NCBI GenBank assembly: GCA_028688415.1
Contig: JAQTYF010000001.1
Coordinates: forward strand, 716,020-780,019
Direction: 5' to 3'
Origin: Candidatus Moraniibacteriota bacterium
GTDB taxonomy: Bacteria; Patescibacteriota; Minisyncoccia; Moranbacterales; UBA1568
Length of the DNA stretch: 64,000 nucleotides
The translations under genes were made by a program, and so were the position numbers. The notes beneath the pieces were generated by a model. The model saw nothing but the letters and a program-made list of their open reading frames with translations. It was not told the DNA's origin and searched no databases. Shown one piece after another: positions 1 through 9,421 of the stretch (the first letter of the stretch is position 1; each line of letters starts with the position of its first letter).

Positions 1-1128
1 GGTTCATTGATGTATTTCTTTTTTGCTTTTTCTTCCTGAGCTTTTTTCCGAGCGATGATCTGCCAGACGAAGGTAATATAATCACCGACAAGACCCTGTG
101 CAATATATCCTTTTTCTACTCCTTGACTGATAAAATCTTCACGCATTTTCCAGGCTCTGTCTGAATCAAGGCCTGCAAGACCCCATGCGATATATTCTTT
201 ATCTATTCCTTGACTCATGAAGTCTTCACGCATCTGCCAGGCTCTATCTGAGTCGAGACCTACAAAACCTCGTGCGATATATCCTTTTTCTACTCCTTGA
301 CTCATGAAGTCTTCACGCATCTGCCAGGCTCTGTCTGAATCAAGGCCTGCAAGACCCCATGCGATATATGCTTTGTCTACTCCTTGACGAATGAAATCTT
401 CACGCATTTTCCAGGCTCTGTCTGAATCAAGGCCTGCAAGACCCCATGCGATAGATCCTTTATCTATTTTTTTATGAAAAAATCTCTGACGAATGAAATC
501 TTCACGCATTTTCCAGGCTCTATCTGAGTCGAGACCAGAAAGACTTCGTGCAATATAGTCTTCATCTATTCCTTGACCGATGAAGTCTTGACGCATCTGC
601 CAGGCTCTTTTTGAGTCGAGACCTGCAAGACTCTGTGCGATAGATCCTTTATCTATTCCTTGACCGATGAAGTCTTGACGCATCTGCCAGGCTCTGTCTG
701 AATCAAGGCCTGCAAGACCCTGTGCGATATCTCCCTTGTTTGCTCTTTGACTGATGAGATCTTCACGCATCTGCCAGGCTCTGTCTGAGTCAAGGCCTAC
801 AAGACCCTGTGCGATAGATCCTTTATTTACCTCTTGACTCAGGAGATCTTCCATACATATGAGAGATTTTTCTTCGAACTTAGCAAACCATACTTCGAAG
901 TCTTCTTTCATCTCTGTATCAAATACTTCTTCATCAAAATTGTCTAGATGGAAGTCTGGTTTTTCTTTCTTTGGTTTGATTGCTTCTCCTGCTATGGTTT
1001 TTCGATAGGCTTCTGCAGAGTCAGTGCCCAAAAAAGCCTTGATCAGTTTGATGTTTGATTCTGGATTGGTTTCCTCTGGGGGGAGGATGACTTTCTTGCT
1101 GAATGGGTTTTCGAGGGACATAGAGATA
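1..1128 (-). CDS. Partial CDS (continues beyond the window start): N-terminal module shared with the 3321..4280 gene, followed by at least 8 tandem 29-aa repeats (consensus roughly GLAGLDSDRAWQMREDFISQGVDKGYIAQ)
   Basis: Reverse-strand reading frame is open from an ATG at 1128 to position 1. 87-90-bp periodicity is visible at 61-840. The first ~60 aa (MSLENPFSKKVILPPEETNPESNIKLIKAFLGTDSAEAYRKT...) almost match the N-terminus of the 3321..4280 product. Confidence 0.6.
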
Positions 1129-1133
1129 TATTG

Positions 1134-3194
1134 CTATTTCGTACCGAGAAGAAGCGTCGATTTCATTTTATCAATACGTTCATCGAGTTTTTCAAATATT
1201 TTCTGATGAGGATCGGATTCCTTGTATTCAGGAGTATTGATCGCTCCGTGAAGCGTCTGAAGCTCATCATCGCTCACTGATTCGATATGATGCTTTTTAA
1301 AATCTTCTGCTGTCCACCCTTCGAACAGTCCTACCGTTCGAATGAGGAGTTCTGTGAGAAATTTCTGATCATCTTCTGAATGTGTTCCTGCTGTTGCAAG
1401 AATATTATCAGCAATAATTTCATCCAGTGATTTCGTAAAATTGCTTTCGCGCCAAGGGAGAATAATTTTCCGCATCAAATCACGAGTTGAAATAACTGTC
1501 TTTTCCAATTGAGATTTCTCCGCTCGCATCCCCTGCTTCAGTGCCATAAACCGCTGACCCTTTGTCTGTCCAGAAAAAAGTTCTTGTATTTCGCGTACCG
1601 CCACAGCGAGTTTGGCAAGTTTCGGAAATTCTTCTGCAGGAAAATTGGGCGGAAAACGTAAACGATCCTTACGGAGAAGAGCGGTCAGTACGAGATCGTA
1701 GGTTTCTTCCATTGTCGGATAATCTACCTTTGGTCCACTCCAACGCGAAGCCTGTGCCACATTCCATTCTTGGGTCCCATGATACTGACGCCCAACATTG
1801 AATGTACTAAGAACAGCAAATCCTGGATCGATATGGAAAGTCTCATCACCGTTTTCCTGAAGGATAATCGGTTTACCGACAGATTTGATAGCGATATCAT
1901 TGATACGACCGAGTACCTGAGGAGGGATCATATTGATCTCATCGATAATGATTGGTCTGCCATCTCGGAGCGCACGACCCAGTGGTCCATAATTAAATAC
2001 TGTCTCTACGTCTCCTCCTTGCACGACAGAACTAAGCACTCTCTCGAGCACTTTGTCGGCGTCAAGCATCACTCCTTGTACACGCATATCTTCGGTATAT
2101 TTTTGCACCAGTTCGACAGTATCTTTTGATGACCACTCCTTTTCACTTCCTCTTTTGATTTTCAGTTTTCCGATGAGGTCATAAACCGAAGATTCTTCAG
2201 AACCGGAGAAAAATTCTGGCTGAAGTCTCTCATAAGCATTATCAAATGATTCTCCTTCATTCACCATTCCGTTTTCAATCATATAGAGCTTGGCGATATG
2301 CCTCGCTACTTCTGTTTTACCACTTCCCAAGTGTCCAGCCAGCGTAAATGGCAGTCTATTACGGAGTGCTTCGAGTCCGAGATTCACCACCTTTTTCACA
2401 GAAGGGAATTCTACAATGCGATCTTTCTGGAAAGAGTCGCTATATTCTCCGAGTGTCGCCACTCGATCGAGAAATGGTCCGACAGAATCATCTTCTCCTT
2501 GGAATATTTCCAGGTCTTTTTCTATCGCCTTTTTTTTCGCCTCCAAGCGATCTAGCATCGACGCATCTTTTCCGACAGGAACGCCAGCATGCGAACTTTT
2601 ACTCTTTTTACGAATATCAGCTAGAGCAAAATCGATACGACTCATCGATAGGAGGAGTCGACTTCTTTTGCGTAACAGCTTCCCATAGAAATAGAGTTTT
2701 GTTACTTCTTTTCCGTACGCTTCTCGTATACCCGGAATTTTCCCTAATTCTCCGAGTTTCTCTATCACGTGAGCGAGCTCTTTTTCTGCATCAACAGCAG
2801 AATGTTCACTTACACCCTCTACTTCTCTGTCAATCGATGCTTGTGTCGGAATATATCTCCCACCGATTTTCTCTCCTTTTATTGACGTTTCATCGTCATT
2901 CAAGAGAGCTTCAAGTTCGGCGTCCAAAGTATCTTCTTCTTGCTTTGCAGATGGTTTTTCGTTTGAATCCACACTCATCGTCCGTACGAGATCACGCCGT
3001 TTCGCAACGAGAGTCTGTATTTGATAAATGAGATCGGTCTGTTCTTCGGGAGATCGCTTCGCAAAAGGAATCTCCTGTTCTTCATCTTCTCTCCTTTCAC
3101 TCTTGGATCCACCGAGAGCCGTCTCTGCAAATTGCTGTGCTGTTTCAGAAGCGAATAAGAACGATTTTGTTTCTGACATAGTGTTATGATTCAA
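1134..3194 (-). CDS. AAA+ ATPase of the AAA_5 (MoxR/McrB-like) type with a long acidic N-terminal region and a C-terminal extension
   Basis: Walker A LAGHLGSGKTEVARHIA, Walker B PIIIDEINMIPPQVLGRIND, sensor-1-like LSTFNVG. 686-aa ORF. Confidence 0.7.
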   Translation of the reverse strand: MNHNTMSETKSFLFASETAQQFAETALGGSKSERREDEEQEIPFAKRSPEEQTDLIYQIQTLVAKRRDLVRTMSVDSNEKPSAKQEEDTLDAELEALLNDDETSIKGEKIGGRYIPTQASIDREVEGVSEHSAVDAEKELAHVIEKLGELGKIPGIREAYGKEVTKLYFYGKLLRKRSRLLLSMSRIDFALADIRKKSKSSHAGVPVGKDASMLDRLEAKKKAIEKDLEIFQGEDDSVGPFLDRVATLGEYSDSFQKDRIVEFPSVKKVVNLGLEALRNRLPFTLAGHLGSGKTEVARHIAKLYMIENGMVNEGESFDNAYERLQPEFFSGSEESSVYDLIGKLKIKRGSEKEWSSKDTVELVQKYTEDMRVQGVMLDADKVLERVLSSVVQGGDVETVFNYGPLGRALRDGRPIIIDEINMIPPQVLGRINDIAIKSVGKPIILQENGDETFHIDPGFAVLSTFNVGRQYHGTQEWNVAQASRWSGPKVDYPTMEETYDLVLTALLRKDRLRFPPNFPAEEFPKLAKLAVAVREIQELFSGQTKGQRFMALKQGMRAEKSQLEKTVISTRDLMRKIILPWRESNFTKSLDEIIADNILATAGTHSEDDQKFLTELLIRTVGLFEGWTAEDFKKHHIESVSDDELQTLHGAINTPEYKESDPHQKIFEKLDERIDKMKSTLLLGTK

Positions 3195-3320
3195 ATAATT
3201 TGTATCTCATTTGTACTTCTAGTATATCACAAAAGATTCTCTATTCTACCGAATTTATCCTCTATTAAGCTTGACGAGCGGACTAACTCACCTGTCTAGA
3301 CGACAAAGCTGGCCAGAATA

Positions 3321-4280
3321 TTAATAACGGCGGGAGAAACAGACGCCCACGTTGCTACTCGGATCCTCCGGATCATCCCTGCCCACGACCGCACCGCCTC
3401 TATCAAAGTGGCCGATATTGACGAAGTCGCCACCCGAAGAGCGTGAACTCGTCCAATAGTATTCACTCTCGTGTATCCTGGTGCCTATCTTTTGATTTAT
3501 GAGCACCATATACTGGAAGCGTTCTGAGAAAGAGTCTCTCGTCAGAGCAGTGATTGTGAGAGTGTTTAAGATGCGTGATATTTCCTTCCAGTTCTTGTGG
3601 TAGTTCTGCCAGAGTTTCTCGATGTGTGGTTTCTGTGTTTCATATTCTTTGATCGCTTGTCTGTATACTTCTGTGTCTGAACATTCCTTTCTGAGAGAGT
3701 CGGTTTGTTCGAGGTAGTTTTGATTCTTGTATTCTACTGTATTTGAAACCAGTGCCCAGCCACGTCTAGGGGTTTCTTCGGTGTAGGTAGGATCATTGCT
3801 GTTGAAATGAATTCCAATAAGCAAATCACCATTTTGCTGCTTGCTCCCGAGAAGTTCTGTCATTTTCTTACCTGAGAGCTTGGTCCCATCAGGAAGCATA
3901 TCCCAATTCAAACACAAAGTAAGTCCTTTTTCTTGTGCATCTTTGAGATCTTCTCTTGAAAATGGAATAGGTGGCACATCCTCCGGAGTGAATCCAAAAG
4001 CTTCTTGGAATTCTTTTGGTCCGAGGAAGTTTTCTCCGAAGAGAGTTTCTGCTTCTTCTTGTTCTACTTGGTTGTGTTGTTCAAATGCTTTTTCATCGAA
4101 ATTATCCAAATGGAAGTCTGGTTTTTGTTGTGGCTTTGTTGTTTCTTCAGCAAGAGTCTTTCGGTATGCCTCTGCAGAATCAGTGCCCAAAAAAGCCTTG
4201 ATCAGTTTGATGTTTGATTCTGGATTGGTCTCCTCTGGAGGGAGGATGGTTTTCTTGCTGAATGGGTTTTCGAGGGACAT
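3321..4280 (-). CDS. Hypothetical protein; N-terminal ~60 aa paralogous to the repeat protein at 1..1128, C-terminal part unrelated and GC-richer
   Basis: 319-aa ORF. The 5' ~190 bp is about 90-95% identical to 940-1130. No recognisable catalytic motif. Confidence 0.55.
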   Translation of the reverse strand: MSLENPFSKKTILPPEETNPESNIKLIKAFLGTDSAEAYRKTLAEETTKPQQKPDFHLDNFDEKAFEQHNQVEQEEAETLFGENFLGPKEFQEAFGFTPEDVPPIPFSREDLKDAQEKGLTLCLNWDMLPDGTKLSGKKMTELLGSKQQNGDLLIGIHFNSNDPTYTEETPRRGWALVSNTVEYKNQNYLEQTDSLRKECSDTEVYRQAIKEYETQKPHIEKLWQNYHKNWKEISRILNTLTITALTRDSFSERFQYMVLINQKIGTRIHESEYYWTSSRSSGGDFVNIGHFDRGGAVVGRDDPEDPSSNVGVCFSRRY

Positions 4281-4303
4281 AGTACTTGACGCGAATGAAA
4301 AAA

Positions 4304-4504
4304 TTATTCTTTTTCAAGTTCTTTTTTGACTACTTCGAATTCGTTTTCGATTTCTTTGAGACGGGTACGGCTCTCTTTGATGAGGACAGTACCTTCCTTG
4401 ATTTTTTCGAGGCCTTTTTCGACATCCACTTCTTCCTGATTATCGAACCAAGCGATGATTTCTTGCACCTTTTTCAGCGATTCACTGAGATTTACTTTTG
4501 ACAT
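4304..4504 (-). CDS. xseB: Exodeoxyribonuclease VII small subunit
   Basis: 66-aa acidic coiled-coil protein (LEKIKEGTVLIKESRTRLKEIENEF) immediately downstream of xseA. Confidence 0.75.
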   Translation of the reverse strand: MSKVNLSESLKKVQEIIAWFDNQEEVDVEKGLEKIKEGTVLIKESRTRLKEIENEFEVVKKELEKE

Positions 4505-4528
4505 ATTCTTGTACGTTATATAGATTAT

Positions 4529-6130
4529 TTATTCGAATATTTCTTCTACTTTTGCGGTCACTTTTCCTCGACTGAGTTGTACAGAAAGTATATCACCGAT
4601 CTTCACATCACAACTTTTCTTCACCACTCGTATCCCCTGACGTACCAGACTGTATCCGAGCTTGAGAACATTCATCGGATCGTACTGCGCGAGACGTTCA
4701 CTCTGATGGAGGAGCGTTTCTTCTGATTGTTTCAGAAGTGCTGTCATGCCTTGATAGAGGCTTTTTCTTCCTTGATTGAGGAGTTCTTTTTTTCGTTCTA
4801 TCGTCGATTGGACGAGGAAAAGTCGCTCTTTCAAATCCTGATGCAAGGTCGTCACGAGTGTACGGAAATGTTCAAGATATGAAAGGAGATGGAGACCCTC
4901 ATCCTCGAGTGTTTTTTGTATCAGAGTGAGATTCTGAGAAAAAAGCATCGGGAGATGTGTCTCGAAATGTCTTACGAGTTGTCGTGCTTCATCAAAATGC
5001 AGACGAAGTTCCTTGGCAGTGGCAGTCGGTGTCGATACCATCACGTCCGAGACGAGTGCTGCGAGTGTCACATCTCGTTCATGACCTACGCCGAGGAGTG
5101 TTGGTATGTGAGACATCGCCACTGCACGAACAAGAACTTCATTATTGAAAGCTTGCAGACTCTCGAGACTCCCTCCGCCACGAACGATCACGAGCACATC
5201 ATATTTCTCCGGATGCGTATTGAAGTATTTGATGGCATTCATTATTTCAAAAACCGCTTTCTTGCCTTCCACACTCGTCGGGAAAAATGTCACATGAAAT
5301 CCCTGGGCTCCCAAGTTCATCGTGAAGTCACCAATAGCCGCCCCCTGTTCTGATGTAATAAGCGCGATACGTTCCGGAAATGCTGGCAACACACGTTTTC
5401 GTTCGAGAGCGAAGAGTCCTTCTTGTTCAAATTTAAGCTTCAGGGCTTCATACGCTTTTTGGAGAGCACCAACTCCAGAAAGCTCGATCACTCCCACTTT
5501 CATTGAGAGACGTCCGCTCGGTTTATAGATATCCGGTACCCCCTCGACGATAATCTCGTCTCCAATAGCTATTTTCACCCCGGAAACATCGTATTGGAAA
5601 CGAAAAATAAGACAATTGAGTGTGCTCTCGTCCTTACTGTCTTTGATGGTAAAATACACCACTCGTTCTCGCTCATCGACACTCGATACTTCTCCTTGCA
5701 CACGCGAGGCCATACCCGAGAGCTCCATATTGAGCCCATCGAGAAACTGACTGACCGAGAGGGTATCAGATGCAGGATAATTGATGCCTGATAATTGATC
5801 TTCTTGAATAGAAAGGTTTCCTTTTTTTTCTTTGTTTCCGATTTTTTTTCTTGCATCACTTATCTTGTATCCATTATCTTCGATGTCCGAAGCATTCACC
5901 ATTCTCTCATCACCACCCGTTCGTTCTTGGATAATCTTCAATAAAACACTCCCATATTTCCGAAATTTTGCCTCTTTCAAGCCCTTGATACAGAGCATTT
6001 CTTCCTTATTCTGAGGCAATGTATCAGAGAGAGCCTGCAAGACAGCATTCGGAAACACACGAAAAGTTTCCACGCCCTCGGTACGTGCTTGTGTATCTCT
6101 CCATCTTCTCAATTCCTGTAAAATAGCCAT
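4529..6130 (-). CDS. xseA: Exodeoxyribonuclease VII large subunit with an N-terminal HRDC-like domain fused
   Basis: OB-fold start LSVSQFLDGLN...VQGEVSS, catalytic core motifs VRGGGSLESLQAFNNE and GVGHERD. The N-terminal ~70 aa (LQELRRWRDTQARTEGVETFRVFPNAVLQALSDTLPQNKEEMLCIKGLKEAKFRKYGSVLLKII) resemble an HRDC domain. Confidence 0.85.
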   Translation of the reverse strand: MAILQELRRWRDTQARTEGVETFRVFPNAVLQALSDTLPQNKEEMLCIKGLKEAKFRKYGSVLLKIIQERTGGDERMVNASDIEDNGYKISDARKKIGNKEKKGNLSIQEDQLSGINYPASDTLSVSQFLDGLNMELSGMASRVQGEVSSVDERERVVYFTIKDSKDESTLNCLIFRFQYDVSGVKIAIGDEIIVEGVPDIYKPSGRLSMKVGVIELSGVGALQKAYEALKLKFEQEGLFALERKRVLPAFPERIALITSEQGAAIGDFTMNLGAQGFHVTFFPTSVEGKKAVFEIMNAIKYFNTHPEKYDVLVIVRGGGSLESLQAFNNEVLVRAVAMSHIPTLLGVGHERDVTLAALVSDVMVSTPTATAKELRLHFDEARQLVRHFETHLPMLFSQNLTLIQKTLEDEGLHLLSYLEHFRTLVTTLHQDLKERLFLVQSTIERKKELLNQGRKSLYQGMTALLKQSEETLLHQSERLAQYDPMNVLKLGYSLVRQGIRVVKKSCDVKIGDILSVQLSRGKVTAKVEEIFE

Positions 6131-6228
6131 GCAAAGATGTCTTATAAATCATATTCCTTTTTATTATAGCAAAAAAAGAAAAACCCTGCTCTCAAGCAAG
6201 GTTTTCCTCAGACAATTCAATTTCCTTA

Positions 6229-7077
6229 CTATTTCAGATATTTGTCGACGACCGATTGCATATCCGTGAAACTATAAGCACCTTTGAAATTCTCCGTGTT
6301 TACAAAAAACTTTGGGGTACCACTCATACCAAAAGTGGTTGCAATAGCACTGTCTTCTGCGATACGGCCATCATATTTGCCACTTTCGAGACATGATTGC
6401 ATATCGCCTGGCTTCACCGCACTCTTCAGGAACTCTGCGATCACACCTGCTTTCGACTTGTCATTCTTGACATCATTGTTCATCAGGTTATACCCTGCTT
6501 CACTCATGAGTAAGTCATGGACTTCCCAGAACTTCTTCTTTTCAAATCCACAATAGAGAGCTTTGGTACCCATTTCGCCATTTCCGTGTCCATTCGCGTA
6601 GACCCAGACAAAACTCGCCTTTCCTGCGTCTACAAGCTTCTTCATTTCTGGTACTGGAGCCACATATTTTCCACCGTCTTTCACCATAGTGAATTGTGGG
6701 CCAGCCGATTTGTTCAAATTTGGATTTTGTCCAGCAGCGATATTGCAGTATGGACAGCTCGGATCACTAAATTCGACAAAAACTACTTTGGCATTCTTTT
6801 TGCCAAACGTGATATTTTTTCCATTAAACAGTCCTTGTATCTGGTCCATAGTCACCGTTGGTTCGTCCGGTTGTTGCTGTTGTGTTCCGATATCAGCTTT
6901 TGGTGCAGATATTGATAAATTCGCCAATACTTTGGATAATTTTTCTGTCCCAAGAATAACTGATCCAGCAATGATAAGTCCTGTCAAAAGCACTGCTCCT
7001 GAAAGAAGCAAGGCGTCAGAACCAAATTTCTTTCCTTTTTGTTTCTCTTCTTGAGAAGATACAATTTCTCCTTCCAT
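6229..7077 (-). CDS. DsbA-like thiol:disulfide oxidoreductase with an N-terminal membrane anchor
   Basis: Thioredoxin-fold CPYC motif (FSDPSCPYCN). TM helix near the N-terminus. Confidence 0.75.
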   Translation of the reverse strand: MEGEIVSSQEEKQKGKKFGSDALLLSGAVLLTGLIIAGSVILGTEKLSKVLANLSISAPKADIGTQQQQPDEPTVTMDQIQGLFNGKNITFGKKNAKVVFVEFSDPSCPYCNIAAGQNPNLNKSAGPQFTMVKDGGKYVAPVPEMKKLVDAGKASFVWVYANGHGNGEMGTKALYCGFEKKKFWEVHDLLMSEAGYNLMNNDVKNDKSKAGVIAEFLKSAVKPGDMQSCLESGKYDGRIAEDSAIATTFGMSGTPKFFVNTENFKGAYSFTDMQSVVDKYLK

Positions 7078-7149
7078 ATCATTTTTTTGATTATTATTTA
7101 GCTTGATCAGTATAGCAGATTCTTACCGTACATTCAACATTCCGCCTCT

Positions 7150-8394
7150 CTACAAAAAACGAAGTACTGTTGGATGAAAAATAAGGAGATATCCGAGAAT
7201 AAGCATGAGTATGCCTCCAATCAAATTGGACCATTTGGAATACGCTTGTGTGAGATGAAGTTTCTCGAAGCCCCAAAGAGCCAATCCAAAAACAAGAAAA
7301 TCATCAACCATATAAAAAAGAATATAGAGAGCCATATACCACTGTGTCTGCAAGAAATTCAAATCGTTCATTTGAATAATTTTTGTAAAAGCCTGTGGAA
7401 TACCTATGGAGCAGGCAAATTCGATCACGTTGACCGAAAAAGCGAGAGCAATCACGCCAATCGCTGTCAACCACGTGAATGGTTCACTTGCGAGTTTTTT
7501 GATTCGTCCAGAAATTTTCACTCGCCCCTCGAGATTAACCACCTGACATGTTCCATCAGACTTGTGCCATTCGTACAGAAAAAACAATCCTCCTCCGATC
7601 GAAACAATACCAACTATCGGGGTAATAAAACGATCAAGTCCTACAAAATCCCACGTTGTAAACCATATATTCAAAATAAGATAATACATCACGGCCTCCG
7701 CAATAATAAAGAGTCCAGCGACAGTCCACATACGCCGACGAGACCCCATCTGTACCAGCACGAGAAGAAATGTCACCAAGACCCACATCGCACATGGATT
7801 AAATCCATCGATCAGTCCTAAAACACCTGAAAGTACAGGGAGGGAATACTGCATCACATCGAGCGTCTTATTGGTAAATGGAAGAGTAACAAAAAAGGGT
7901 TCTTCTGCTGGCAGGACACAAACATCGCCCTCACAGATTTCTCCAACCTTTTCTGTCGCATCACTCGATATTCCGGATAACAGTCCTTCTATCCCAACAA
8001 GATCTGTACCTTTATTCGCTTTAATAAGCTTTTCTATACGAACTCCTGTCGTTTCCTCTGTATCAAAACCCTGCAGAACTGTCACGCCAATAACGGTAAT
8101 AGGAGTAGCTTTCGAAAGTTGCTGAGCTTCCGTAAAACGATCATAGAGATTTTTTCCATCTTTCGTTTCTATATCAAGAAAACGTACTTCGATGTCATCT
8201 CTTTGTTCCTGCAATTTTTCGAGATAGACTTTCTCTTTCTGACAGTGAGCGCAATCCTGTCGTTCAAACATTTCGATCAGGACTTTTCCTTCTGCTACAC
8301 TCGATGTTTCAGATGCGAATACTTCCATCGGGATAAAAACCAAACTCCAAAATGCAAGAGTGTATAGTATTTTTTTTCCTAAGAAATTCATCAT
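7150..8394 (-). CDS. Thioredoxin-like domain fused to a CcdA/DsbD-family transmembrane disulfide electron transporter
   Basis: N-terminal CAHC motif (ERQDCAHCQKEK). Multi-TM region with GFNPCAMW, typical of the DsbD/CcdA core. Confidence 0.7.
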   Translation of the reverse strand: MMNFLGKKILYTLAFWSLVFIPMEVFASETSSVAEGKVLIEMFERQDCAHCQKEKVYLEKLQEQRDDIEVRFLDIETKDGKNLYDRFTEAQQLSKATPITVIGVTVLQGFDTEETTGVRIEKLIKANKGTDLVGIEGLLSGISSDATEKVGEICEGDVCVLPAEEPFFVTLPFTNKTLDVMQYSLPVLSGVLGLIDGFNPCAMWVLVTFLLVLVQMGSRRRMWTVAGLFIIAEAVMYYLILNIWFTTWDFVGLDRFITPIVGIVSIGGGLFFLYEWHKSDGTCQVVNLEGRVKISGRIKKLASEPFTWLTAIGVIALAFSVNVIEFACSIGIPQAFTKIIQMNDLNFLQTQWYMALYILFYMVDDFLVFGLALWGFEKLHLTQAYSKWSNLIGGILMLILGYLLIFHPTVLRFL

Positions 8395-8403
8395 ACAGAA
8401 ATA

Positions 8404-9144
8404 TTACAATAAAGTCACAGCATGTGATGTATGGTACTCATCATATTTCTCGCTTATATAGACAATGATTTCTCTTAAAAAAGGGAGGAAATTCTTCCAA
8501 GCCAGCAATTTGAGCAAAATGTATCCGAGGACAATGAAAAAAGGTTGGAGCAACTCAAAAATATCATATCCGTGACTCCCGGCCTTGAGAAAGAAAATGT
8601 GGAGAAGCATTGTGATCAAAATAATATAGACCAGGCGATGAAGCCTCTTCCAATTCTTCCCACCCAAGAGACGGATACTCGAAGTATTAGACGTAAGGAG
8701 TAGTGGGAGAGTAAAAATGAGCGCCAAAATACCAAAATAAAACAATGGGTGCATAGAGAAAAAATGGGCATTCAGATACGGCGCAATGTCTAGAGAAAAG
8801 GAGAGCGGATCAACGAAATAAGCCACGCCGTGGACAAGAGCAAAGCATCCCATCATGATACCAAATTCTCGCCTGAGTCCCATCAATTGTGAGAGTAGTC
8901 TCATTCGAAAAATCTTCGAGAGTGGGCCAAGAAAGAGAATGCCCAGAAGCATTCCCTCTGCATAACTACCAAAGTCTTTTCTCATCTCGGGAAAAATAAT
9001 GAAAATAAGGCTCAGAAAAGCAATAATAAGCAATAATTTTTTGATCCATAGAAAGTGCTGTGCAAGAAAATCACACAGCATATCATGGAAACGGAATATC
9101 ATCAATACTACAGGATCGATAAATTTGAGAAACGTAATGATCAT
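8404..9144 (-). CDS. Polytopic membrane protein, ferric-reductase-like/MsrQ(YedZ)-like heme-binding domain
   Basis: Motifs LRREFGIMMGCFALVHGVAYF and KNWKRLHRLVYIILITMLLH resemble the His-containing helices of YedZ/MsrQ. Weak assignment. Confidence 0.4.
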   Translation of the reverse strand: MIITFLKFIDPVVLMIFRFHDMLCDFLAQHFLWIKKLLLIIAFLSLIFIIFPEMRKDFGSYAEGMLLGILFLGPLSKIFRMRLLSQLMGLRREFGIMMGCFALVHGVAYFVDPLSFSLDIAPYLNAHFFSMHPLFYFGILALIFTLPLLLTSNTSSIRLLGGKNWKRLHRLVYIILITMLLHIFFLKAGSHGYDIFELLQPFFIVLGYILLKLLAWKNFLPFLREIIVYISEKYDEYHTSHAVTLL

Positions 9145-9421
9145 ACTGTAAATAGAAACTCACTACCGATAAAAAAGCAACCCCAACAAAGATAAAAGAA
9201 TAATATGGATAACACCTACAACAATAATTACTGGCTCTCGTCGCATATTCATGTGTCGCATATATCTTCTTCTTTCATAGTAACGTACCCTCATAGTCTT
9301 TGCAACACAAATTTTTCTTACTTATTTTTCAAACAAAAAAACTGATATTTTTCCATTCCTCTTTTTCTATAGAAATATGGTATAATGAAGACAATATTTT
9401 TCATTTCTATGAAACCCATCA

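Noticed and set aside
1024-4329. Plus-strand ORFs 1024..1206, 1562..1801, 1770..2129, 2290..3031 and 3841..4329
   Set aside because: All lie antisense to the long minus-strand genes. 1024..1206 and 3841..4329 share sequence only because they are the antisense of the duplicated 5' module. No independent coding support.
5855-5885. TTATC-repeat-like motif (gcatcacttatcttgtatcc) inside xseA
   Set aside because: It lies within the continuous coding frame of the HRDC-XseA linker (encodes DNGYKISDAR). Likely coincidental similarity in an AT-rich Lys/Asp-coding stretch.
9206-9346. 46-aa plus-strand ORF upstream of the first ABC ATPase
   Set aside because: Low-complexity product, no RBS or promoter support, and it sits in an AT-rich leader. 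Not reported as a gene.
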